64,000 nucleotides of DNA from Moniliella sp. 'wahieum'. Lineage: Eukaryota. This document shows, piece after piece, positions 12,701 through 23,374 of this stretch. The notes under the pieces are model-generated. The model did not search any database, was not told the DNA's origin, and was given only the letters and a program-made list of their open reading frames with translations. The position numbers and the translations under genes are program-made. Each line of letters opens with the position of its first letter. The stretch's first letter is position 1. The stretch is from the NCBI GenBank assembly GCA_003971905.1, contig RSEE01000026.1, positions 186,001 through 250,000 on the forward strand, read 5' to 3'.

Positions 12701-14000
12701 TGGGCGAGGCGGGTAAAGGGTGTGCGAATGCGCCATACCTCAGCCGCGTATGAAAGCAGCTCGACATGATCTGAAGTGAGGATGGTCGTCTCCACGCCCG
12801 AGTCGTCGTCGCAGTTGGCAATCATCTCCAAGTCGGCGTCAAGGCAGAGGCGGAGGGCTTTCTGATAAACCCGCACAGGGTGTTGAGGAATAAACACGAA
12901 CTCATCTGAAGCCTCCCTCGGCAGGTTCCTCGTCTCCCGATGCTGAATCAGGTCAGGGTTGTTGGTGCACAGCACAGCGATGCGCTGAGAGAGATAGTCC
13001 AGCTCGTTGCTCTTCCACGCCTTCCAGGGCTCATCTGCCTCAAAATCAGTGCGTCGTCCAGGCCAGACATCTCCCAAGTTGACATTCTTGGAAGCGTGCT
13101 TCAAATCAGCCAGAGCGGCAGCATCTGTGCACTCCTTGCGGACCGAGTCAAGATCCAATAGGAGCTGGTGGTCGCTGACGCGCATAAGGCGGGCAATGGT
13201 GCGGAAAACGGGGTGCCGATCGGCTAGCTGCGTCACGGGCATGGTCAACACCGACACAGGCGCCGATGAAGCGGGTATGCTTGAGGTAGAGGGAACGTGG
13301 CTGAGGGGGGGCTCCTCCAGCTTGGCAATGTACGAGTCAAGACGAGCGACGATCACATCCTTGTTTGAGCCCATGAGGTCGCGCGCGCCGAGGCGCATGT
13401 GAAGCAGCGTGTCGCGAACAAGACGCACAAACTGAGCAACCATCCAGTTGAGTTGGTTGAGCCACTCCTGGCCAGCAGGTGCTGCAGAGCGGGCGGCAGA
13501 AAGATGGGCTTGGGCCTGGGTGGCAAAATGAATAATGAGCGTCTCGACTTTGCGCGAGTCTTTGAGCGAGCGCTGGAAGTTCTTCTCGACAAACTTGCCG
13601 TAAAAGCTAGCAAAGACGGCGCGCAGCTGCTTGTCGAGGTAGGCGGGGTCACGGCCCATAGCCACGTCACCGAGACGCTCGCCCAGGCGCTTGAGGAGCT
13701 TCTCAGGGTACTTGACGTCCTTGCCGCTGGTCATGATCTCAGAGATGGCGGCCATGCTTCGGTGGCCGTGACTGGCAAGGGGCTTGGAGGAGGCGGAGGA
13801 GGCAGCAGAAGTGGATGCAGACACGCTGGGGCCGAGCGAGGGCTCGAGCGGGAGCAAGAGGCAGTGCCAAAAGGCAGCCATCACGAGGTACTGGCGCGGG
13901 AGGCAGAGCGTCAGCGGCGGGTATCTACCCTACACAGCGCGACCGGAGCAGCACCTACAATGTACACATCCCCATCCGACGGCTCGTCGTCGCGTGCCAT
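9764..14000 (-). CDS. Munc13-homology (MUN/MHD) + C2 domain protein (S. pombe Git1 / yeast YOR296W-like)
   Basis: The 973-aa ORF contains WFQPHIEHWL..WVDNAVRADTF..HSSSIDDLF, CVKLNNIQKAR and a C2 domain (FTVKVVQAEGL..DTYVALVD..PQWSEAFDV), then FYFGRAFRSL. Downstream fragments: IAPLFDYLDQVLATL, WKQLLITLQGILLPPLSD. First intron 13891-13958. Confidence 0.85.
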
Positions 14001-14165
14001 GGCGGAAGGAGGGCGGCGGGTGCGCTGCTGGTGGTGGTGGTGGTGGTGGTGGTGGTGGTGGCGGGCTGCGTCGCGCGGGCACATGCGCCTGGTCTCCCCG
14101 TCGCCGCCGCGCCGTCCGCGCCGCCGCCACGGGCACCCACTCGCATCGGACTTGGCTGGCACACA

Positions 14166-14179
14166 TAGGGTTAGGGTTA
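14166..14179. promoter_or_regulatory. Interstitial telomere-like motif TAGGGTTAGGGTTA (telo-box-like) upstream of the Git1-like gene
   Basis: 14-nt perfect match to (TTAGGG)n, about 80-170 nt upstream of the candidate start codons. A regulatory role is inferred. Confidence 0.4.
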
Positions 14180-15809
14180 CGTGGAGCACAACTACGCCGC
14201 CCCGCACGGTGCCAGCCAGCGGGCCTGCAATTTCATCGGGCGCTGCCTGGTTCCGCCAGCTCGCGCTCTGCTGCTCGGCCGATCGTCTGCCTGTCAGCAC
14301 CGCATCCATCTCAGGCCAGGTGCGCCCGCCTGGGGCCTCCGAGGGCCTCCCGAGGCCTCCTGAGGCCAGAAGCAGAGCGCCTGGCGTGCCTCAGGAAAGC
14401 TCCTGTGCCCAGCGTTGGAGTGCAGGGTGAGCCTCAAGCCAGCGGTCTCTGCCGCCCGTCCTACCATGGCAATGGGGCTATATTCTCTGCTCACACGCGC
14501 GTGCTCATATATAGATGTGCATTGTTGTGTCTGCCCGCCTCCCCAATCGCCTTCAGCTTCTTGTTGAGGTTGCACACCTTCTTTCCCAGCGAGTTTTAAA
14601 ACGAGCCTCAGATGTCGGCTATAATGCCCGCTGCGGCAGCCGACGCTGCTGGGGGGGACCAGGCATGGTCTTTCTCCGGACGCTGAGCCCGGAATGTCGT
14701 AGACATCTCATTCAAACACGCGTCAGTCAGGTTAGATAGCGAGAGAGAGAGAGCGGACACCTTATCGATTATCCATGCTGCGGATATCGTCCGCGGCCCG
14801 GCATGGTCGCATCGACTCATCGGTGCGATGCTTTGTGCCCATCGCCCCCAGTCTTGACAGAACTCTTTCGCCTCTACGCCCGCTCGGTTTAACGTTCAAC
14901 TATAGGATCTGAAGCAGGACCGAACGTACGTGGCTCCGATCGGCGGTCCAAGGGGTTGTACCCCTAAACTGCAGGGGGGAATCCCACCTCAGGACTCCCC
15001 TCATGATGCATGACAGCCCCGCAGCATAACAAAAAAGGACAAGCCTTCGTACGATGACAAAATACATTTCCTACGACTTAGGTGGCTCTCAAGGTTCTTC
15101 CTCGTCAACGTTTTTAGACCCCCCCTCTTCAGTAAGCGTGCATCTCGGTTCAGAAAGCGCAGTGAACCACTACTTTGTTGGGATCTCACGAGGGGAAGAA
15201 AGCCCGTCCATGTGAATACCAGCCACACTTGCTCCCGTGGTATCCTTTTCGGCGGGTGTCCACCGCGGAATGTCAGCGACCAGTGGCAAGTTTGGTTATC
15301 GTCGTCGTCGCCATCGTCTTGTATACAATCTCTGGTCCCTGTTTGGCCTCTGTCTACGTCTGACGGACGATCAGAACCATTTTCAATGCATCTCTTTTCC
15401 ATCCCGGGTGGACGTCGAACTTACATTAACGGCTGATCCCTTTCTTGTATCGTACAGCTTCAATTAGCCCCAGGGGAGGAGGCGGGAGGAGGGATGGGGC
15501 TGACGTAACGAGGGCCGTCCGCGAGGTCCGTGGAGAGGGCAGGCGCAGGCACAGCGGTGCCTGGCGTTGCCGGGCGTGTGCGCAGGCTGCCCCCCGCGGC
15601 TGCTGCAATGTTCAAGGGCGGCTGAACGTTCAACCTCCGTCCCACCTGCCTGCACACACGCTCTGTACCGCCCGGGCCCAACGTTCAACGTTCAACCCGA
15701 ACCCTGCACGCCAGGCCCATCGAGCGCATTGGCCCTGCGCAGCTCCAACCAAAGCACTCCGCCGCCAGCCAGCCCCATCGCCAGCCCCATTGCCCCCATC
15801 CCGCCCGCC

Positions 15810-18800
15810 ATGTCCCGTGTCCTGCCCGCCTCCGTGCAAGACGGGCCTGGCGCTGCGCATTCTTCCCACCCCCCTCTGCCACACCCTGCCCATGCCCCGC
15901 ACCACGTCTCCTGGGCCGCGCTCGCCCCCCCCGCAACCGCCCCCAGGGCTACTCAGCGGACGCCCATCTCGTCTCTGTGCCGCCAAACCAGCACGCTGAT
16001 GGTGGCGGCGGCGAGGACGACGGCGAGGAGGAGGACGACGACGACGATGACGATGATGATGAGGAGGAAGAGGAGGAAGAGGGAGAGCGCCCGTCGCGTA
16101 CATATGCCCCCCGGCAGCGCCTGCCTCCGTGCCCTCGCCATCCCCAGCAGCAGCCCAGACGTCCTACTCTTACCGCCCCCACCTCTCAGTTGGCGAGGAC
16201 GCGTCGAGCCGCGCCTCCCGCATGTCCCCTGCTCCTTCTAACTCTTCCGCTGGCGCATCCGAGTGGGGAGGTCTCAGCAGCCGTCTCGCTGCTCTCCGCA
16301 TGTCGGCCGGAAGCGCCGTTCAGCGTCTACTAAGTCCACGTACTTCCGTGTCTGAGGCACCGCATCCCTCTTCGTCCACAACAGGGCCTGGTTCCAGCGA
16401 TGGAAGCGCCATCTCCCCCGCACTTACTCCGCATGCTGGCCCTGCTCCTCTTGTCCACCCCCCCGTCTCGCCTGTCGCTCCAGGAACGCCTGACGTGCAC
16501 ACCCTGTCCCTCTCGCCCACCTATGAGGACACGGATACCGAGGACGATCCCTTCCACGTCGCACGTACCAGTTGGAGCTGCAGCAGGCACAGCGCGCGCC
16601 CTCCGATCCCGCTGTCGGATCCGCATCTGCGTCTGCGCCTCCATTGGGACCATCGAACGTGGGGACAACCGCTCCCTTCTCCCCTTCAGCTGATGCCACG
16701 CCCGAACAGCCGGGACCCTATCGCCCACTCCAATCGCGCATGGACAATCAGCACAATCGCCGCGACGCTTCTTCCTCCAACACACATCACCATCGATCCT
16801 CCACCCACTACGACACCCCCCCAGTTACCCGCCCCGGAGCACCCGACCCACGCGCTCGTCCTGCCAGCCCAACTGGGAATGGACTGGCTGTCCCTCCTAG
16901 CCGCACTGCCTCCAGGGGGGTGGGTACCCCCTCACCTTTGGGTCCTGGCTCATCTGTTGGGTTCCGGCGGATTAGCGCATGGAGGGAGCTTAGGCCTGAC
17001 CGCGCCAGCAGCATCGGGTACTCATCGTCTAATGGATCCCAATCCTCCCAGCGCATCTTCCAGCACCTCCACCGCCCCTGACCATTCCCCTCTTGCAGGG
17101 AGCGAATTCATCTCTCCCCTCAAGGCCCTCTCGGTGTATTTGCACCACACCTACCATTTGATCAACCCTGACGACTTTCTTTATGACCTTCCCTTTGCCC
17201 CACGCAAAATTTACACCAAGCCCGGCGATCCAAAGCACAACTTGGGGAGGGATAATCAGTCTCACGACTTGATTCTTTGGCAACATGGGTGCATTCAGGC
17301 CGATGGGGTAGCCCAGGATACACAACCCGGTGCGATTGATGATCCTGCTTCGATCGCAGCATCGGTGCTAGCTCACGGGGACGAAGAGACGGAAGGGGCT
17401 CTGCCCAATCGAAAATACCTGATCTTGTCGCTTTTGGGATGCGGCACATTTGGCCAGGTCGTCAAGGCCCAAGAGTACACACCAAGGAGGTGGTGGCAGT
17501 CAAAGTGATCAAGAACAGACCCGCGTACCGGTCTCAGTCGGCCCAAGAGGTGCGGCTACTTGCGCTGCTCAATCAGGTGTGGGACAAGGACAACTCTCAT
17601 CACATCCTCCGATTGCGTCCGCCTTATCCTGGCCGCGACGGCGGCGGCTTTACTTCTGCCAACCATCTATGCATTGCGACTGAACTGCTCAGCCTCAACC
17701 TCTACGAGATTATTCGCCAAAACAATTTCAAGGGCTTATCCACCGGCCTGACCCGTGTGCTGACCGTGCAATTGCTTGAAGCACTTGTTGTGCTGAAGCA
17801 CGCGCGAATCATTCACTGCGACATTAAGCCAGAGAACATTTTGCTCGAGCGGCTGCAACCGCCCAAGATCAAGCTGGTGGACTTTGGTTCGGCCTGCTTT
17901 GAGAACCGGACGGTGTATACGTACATTCAGTCGCGCCACTACCGTGCGCCCGAGGTTTGCTTGGCACTCCGTATACAGCGGCGATTGACATGTGGAGTTT
18001 GGGATGCGTTGTCGCCGAGCTCTTCCTCGGCCTGCCCATTTTCCCTGGCACGTCCGAGTTCAACCAAGTGACTCGGATCACTGAGATGTTGGGCAACCCT
18101 CCCGAGTACATGCTGGAGCGTGGCCAGCAGACCCGCGAGTACTTTGAAGTTTTTACTGATCGTACCGGTAGGAGAACGCATCGGGTCAAATCTTTGGATG
18201 AGTGGATTAGGCAACACCCGGACCAACACCCGCGCGAGCGGCCTTCGCATCGGTACTTTGCTGCGACCGAGTTGCACGAGTTGATTCGGACTTATCCTAT
18301 GGCCCCGCGTGGCGGACGCGCAGTTGATGTGGAGGGTGGTATGTCTTTCTCTGACAAACCTTTGCGAGTTGGAATGGCCTGTTAACGCGTCCCTACAGAA
18401 CTTCACAATCGAGAGTGTTTTACGGACTTCCTCGAGGGACTACTGCAGCTTGATCCCTTTGAGCGCTGGACCCCTGCCCAAGCACAGCAACATCCTTTCA
18501 TTACAGGCAAGCCATGGACCGCTCCGTTCGTACCTTTGCCCGAGACAGGGTTGACTGCCGGAGCGAGTAACTCTGCTGCAACGGCTGCCGCAGCCGGGGC
18601 TGAGGCTTGGCCCCAAGGTACGGCGGCTCAAGCTCAAGCACTGTCCCAACGGGCTCAGGCCCACGCCCAACAGACCCTGGCCCAGGCGCAAGCGCAAGCC
18701 CAAGCGCAAATCCAGGCTCAAGCTCAAGCCCAAGCCCAGGCCCAAGCGCAAGCTCAAGCGCAAGCGCTCTTTGCTCAGGCAGCTGTCGAAGCCCAACGGC

Positions 18801-19704
18801 AAGCCGAGATCCAGCGACAAGTGCAGCTCCAAGTGCAGCAGATGGAGATGCAGCGCCGCGCGAGGCAGCAAACGGGTATGGCCAATCCTGCCGTGGGCGC
18901 GCGGGACGAGTCCAACAACCCTTACCACGCCATGCTTGGCCGTCGCCATGCGATCGAGGCAGCTGTGGCGGCTGCCTCGGGGCTCTCCCATCTCGTCTCC
19001 GACAAAACCATGGGACACCGTTCCGCAGACTCTAGGGTCTCCTCGCCTCTCGCCTCGGAGACGACCACACCCAATGTGTCTCCTTCCCGGCGTCGGTATG
19101 CGGGGGAATCCAGGACGGCTCGCCGAGCCGCCCGGGAAGCTCGTTCGGCCGCGAATGCTCTGACAGAAAACAATGCCGAGCTCGCACTCTTGATGCGGAA
19201 CACTACCCATGGCCGAAGTGAGGCGGAAAACGGTTCGGGGGTGCTACTCCCGACTCGCGCTCCCCGGAGATTCTGATTCTTACTCGGACGAGTACGACGA
19301 TTATTCTTCGGGGTCGGGGTCGGGGTCGGGTTCCGGCTCCGGCGGCTCCGAATCTGGGTCGTCCGATGGTTCGTCTGTCTCGGGCTCCGAGGGGGGATCT
19401 CAGTCCTACCCTGCTGGCTTGAGGCAGGGCGCTGCCCTCTGCGTGGATGTCGGACATTGAAAATGGCACAGCCCGGCCGGGAAGGAGGTATGCACCCCTG
19501 CCACAGCCGAGGCGGCTGCCACCACACCCACTTTGTCTCCTGCGCCTTCATCTCTGTTGGGCTCCACAGTCGATGGGACTCGTACGGCACGTACCGTCGT
19601 CCCTACCATCTGCCCTCGGACCCGAGGAGGAGGACGAAGATGAGGAGGAGGATGAATACGAAGAGTGTACGCCCGCTCCTGCAAGCGACGTCCCACTCCC
19701 ATAA
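15810..19704 (+). CDS. YAK1: DYRK-family Ser/Thr kinase Yak1
   Basis: [79 protein letters not shown]. Intron at about 18338-18399. Long disordered termini. Both ends are approximate. Confidence 0.92.
18620..18860 (+). repeat. Coding (Gln-Ala)n / Gln-rich tract C-terminal to the Yak1 kinase domain
   Basis: Translates to [28 protein letters not shown] using mixed codons. Confidence 0.85.
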
Positions 19705-20160
19705 TGAGCCTCCCCTCGAACACGCCCATCGCCAATCCTGGACCCAAGCCGGCTCATGCCCGTCACTTTTCCTTGGCCGATGCCTTGCCCTGGGGCCGCT
19801 CACGGAACTCGCGTGGCTAGGTTGTGTCCCCCTTTCCCCAAATCCTTCCAGGTGTAGCATATCTCTGTTTCTGATTTCATGTCGTCTTGCTGGCGATGGT
19901 TCTGGTTTATGTATTTCCTCTGCCGGCACACTTTTGGCTACTACTCACCAGGAGGGTTGCCCCTACCTATGCATAGCATATCTGCTGTTGGGGCATGCAG
20001 TGAGTAACATGGTGCAGTTGATGAGAGATGCGATTGGCTCGTTCGATAGAGAAGCCAAGTAGGAATATCAGCTTGAAATTGAAGAAGAGAACAACCGTAC
20101 CGTACTTGAATCATAGTAACCGGGTATGAAAACGTAGTGGGGATGCAGAGTCGTCGCAGG

Positions 20161-21254
20161 CTACACAGGCTTTTAGCGGTAGCGCGACGATAGAGACGCA
20201 TCAGATGCGTTCCCTTTCGACGATACATCTCTGCCGCTCTGGATCATCGTCCCGTCACGTTGACCAAGTCAAACTTTTTCTTGAGCAGGGTAAAGAAGCG
20301 CTTGTCGGCCTTTCTGCGCTTTTGGTAGCAAAACAAGATCTCTTGCGTCGGACCTTCGCCGCAGGGGCGGGTCAGAGCATAGAGGGTGTCAACCAAGGGT
20401 TTGGAACGCAATTTCTAGGTATACACAGTCGGCCAACAGCATCACATCGGGCTTGCTGGGCACATTGACGGCAGTGGTTCGCCCCACACCAGCTCGCTGA
20501 CATGGACCGGATCACGTTTGCCTGTGTTCAGCTCCACGTTTTCCTGCATCAGGGCCATCATAGCGCTAGCACATTACGGCCCACAAGCTTGGTCAGTTCC
20601 GTCGCTTTGGCAGTCAGACGCCAGCCCCCCGTATCCTACGCACCTCATGTCCGTCACCCATACTTCGGCGCCTAATTGCAATCGGGCTGCCAGCAGACCC
20701 AACAAACCTGTCCGGCTCCCAGTTCGACAACCGTTTTGTTCTTCCAATCCAGCGTCGTGTGGCATGTGGGAAGCAAGGTAGGCACCCAGCCGCTGCGGCG
20801 GGCCATACACGACCGCCACAGCCACGGCTCACATCCAGCTTGAGCAGCACATCAAACGAGGTAGGCCGAGCGCAATCACAGGCGGCTCTTCGGCCGGCGG
20901 GGTGGGCAGCGGGGCCACCCAGCAACATCGCTCCCTGGGTGGGGCGCGGTGATGGGCACCGCATCAAACCAGCTTGGGCGTCAAGGTAGGATCGGTGTGG
21001 AAGTAGCGGACAACGCGCGGCGGTCAATAATGGACTTGCGCTGGTTGGGGACCAGGCCATCGGTGCTTTCGCGAGAGCTAGTGGATCCAGTGTCCGACAG
21101 GGCTCCGTACGCGTCAAAGTGACGCGTCCCATGGGCACAGCCTCGCGCTCGTCGGCCATGTCAAGGTCCGCGGGGCGCTCGATGAGGCGCAAACCAAAGG
21201 CGACGTCATGCTGCAACGAACGAAGGTGGACGGATGGAAGGGGAGGGCAGCCAT
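20161..21254 (-). CDS. EFM6: Protein-lysine N-methyltransferase, Efm6/METTL21 (Methyltransf_16) family
   Basis: Stitched across indels and one intron (GTGCGT..CTGAC..TAG, about 20566-20643): GCGGRVWPAA-QRLGAYL..KTVVELGAG-TGLLGLLAA..VWVTDM|..LMQENVELN..ELVWGEPLP..DVMLLADCVYLEIAF..LVDTL..FCYQKRRKADKRFFTLLKKKF. The start may instead be the ATG at 21159. Confidence 0.85.
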
Positions 21255-21875
21255 GGCGCGTCGGCAGGTGGGCTGGGTGGGAACGAGATGGAAGGCGGGA
21301 AGCCACGGAAGGTATGGGAAGGGAGGGGCCGAGTGCCGGCAGAGGCAGGCGGCGGCGTGCGGTGGCCCGACGGATGCGTGTGTGGACACCGGCGGGCTAG
21401 CCCATTCCAATTCGGGCGATCCAAATTAAAGGCCGTCCTTATAAATGCCCTCACCCTGATGTGTGCTCAGAACGACGCATGTCGGGGCGCACGTGGAACG
21501 CACTGGAGGCCGTGCCCTCGTCAGCACATGTGCGTCTCTCTGTTTTCTCGCATGTGGACACGCTGGCAGCTCTTTGCGCCTCCCATCGGCCCGCCGCTTC
21601 CATTCTTCCAGACTCCTCTTCTAATGCACTGGCTTCAGCTGCAACTGGAAGCGCGAAGCTTGGTTATTGCATGCATGATCGGGTTCGATCGGTGATCACT
21701 GCACACAATTCCGCCCTCTGCAGTGATGCACGTGACTGAATTGACGAGCAACCGGCAACCGTCGAACGCCGCGGAATAATAGTCGCTCATAACCTTTGCG
21801 CGCACGCACTGGCCGCATTTGTCGTACGCCACCACCATCGCCACCATCGCAGTTACCACCACTGCTCTCGCCAAG

Positions 21876-22950
21876 ATGGGAGCCGCTCTCTTCAAGCGAA
21901 AGCGCCCAAGGACCGCCGCTACCCCAGCAGCAGTTGTCTCGGGAGGAGACGAACCCGTCCATGCTCTTCGCGTGTCTGCTCTGCATCCGCCCGAGTCTGA
22001 CAGCGACGCTGAGCAAGACAGTCCTGGCGTTTCAGCGATTGTGGCTAAGAAAAAGAAATCTTCGACTCGGCGAGCGACGGGACAGACTGCCTCCACGGGT
22101 GGCCCAGGTTGCGCCCCACTAGCGACGCATCGGATGACGATGAGGATGACAATGACTGGGTTGACCGTTCGGTGAAACGGCACATGAGGTGGGCACATCT
22201 GGCATTGCTGGCATGGGCAAACGCAAACGTGGCATTGATGGTCTGTTGGAGGGTGTCGACACAGACGCCCAAGCGATCGACCCTTCCGCTTCTTCCACAC
22301 CAGTGACCCAGACCAACGAGGATGGCATATACCGGGGTGCAAAGAACTATTCCTTTCCTTCCTACGCGAGACTCTGGCCAGTCGAGCAAGCTTACCGCCG
22401 CTGCTGCCAAGGGTCCCATTCGTGGTAGCCAGCACATTCGCACTGTCACCACTGTTGACTATCAGCCTGACGTGTGCAAAGACTACAAGGAGACGGGCTA
22501 CTGTGGCTTTGGGGACACTTGCAAGTTCCTACATGATCGTTCGGATTATCTGGCCGGGTGGCAACTCGATACGCTCGCCAACTCTTCTGCTCGCCAGGCT
22601 GAGGCTGACTCGGAAGAGGAACCCGAGGATGATGGGGACGACATCCCTTTCGCCTGTCTGATCTGCCGAAAACCATTTACGGATCCGGTTATGACCCAAT
22701 GCGGGCACTACTTTTGCTCGGCATGTGCGATTAAGCGCTACTCCAAGACGGGCAAGTGCTTTGCCTGTGGTGCCCAGACCCATGGACTGTTCAACTCGGC
22801 AACCCGACTGCTGGAGAAGATGGCGCGCAAGCGCGAGGAAACCCTCAAAGCGCGAGAGGCCCGGCGCAGCCGCTGGGAGGTGGCTGGGCCGGATGATCCC
22901 TCTGCCCAAACCCAGGTGCCCGGTCGGACTCAGGTGCGAGTTCCGGGTAA
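21876..22950 (+). CDS. CWC24: Pre-mRNA splicing factor Cwc24 (CCCH zinc finger + RING)
   Basis: GPIRG..IRTVTTVDYQPDVCKDYKETGYCGFGDTCKFLHDRSDY and RING IPFACLICRKPFTDPVMTQCGHYFCSACAI..CFACG. The stop position is uncertain (uncorrected frame runs to 23155). Confidence 0.95.
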
Positions 22951-23374
22951 TGTTTATGAGCCCATCTCGATCGTTTTCACATGTTTTGTACCAAGTCATC
23001 CAACTACTACCCTATTTTGCATGATCAAATCCAAAGCAAATACGTTGATAGAGGTAGGCGCATGGGACAGAGAGAGAGGAAAGGAGATAGACAGGCGTGA
23101 GCGTGTGGATGCGAAGCGGAGAGCAGGTCCAGCCCGAGCTGTCTGCGGACGATGACTCGGCGCTCGGAGAATCAAAGCGACACCGCGCCTTCAGCAGCAG
23201 CGCGCTGCCCAGCCGCTCCGCCGCCAGCACGGAGCCAGTGTGGCGCGATCAGGTGCTGCGTTGACCACTGGAATTTTTTCGCCGGCCTTCCAAGCCGCGC
23301 CCTTGGCCTCTCCCGCCCACACCCGCTCTCTGCCCCTCTCGACCACCACCCATCCCACCCTGGACTCTGCCACC

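Noticed and set aside
13399..14599. Long plus-strand ORFs (343 aa and 271 aa) and many similar long antisense ORFs across the window
   Set aside because: They are shadow ORFs of GC-rich real genes or microsatellites (poly-W, poly-G translations) with no family motifs.
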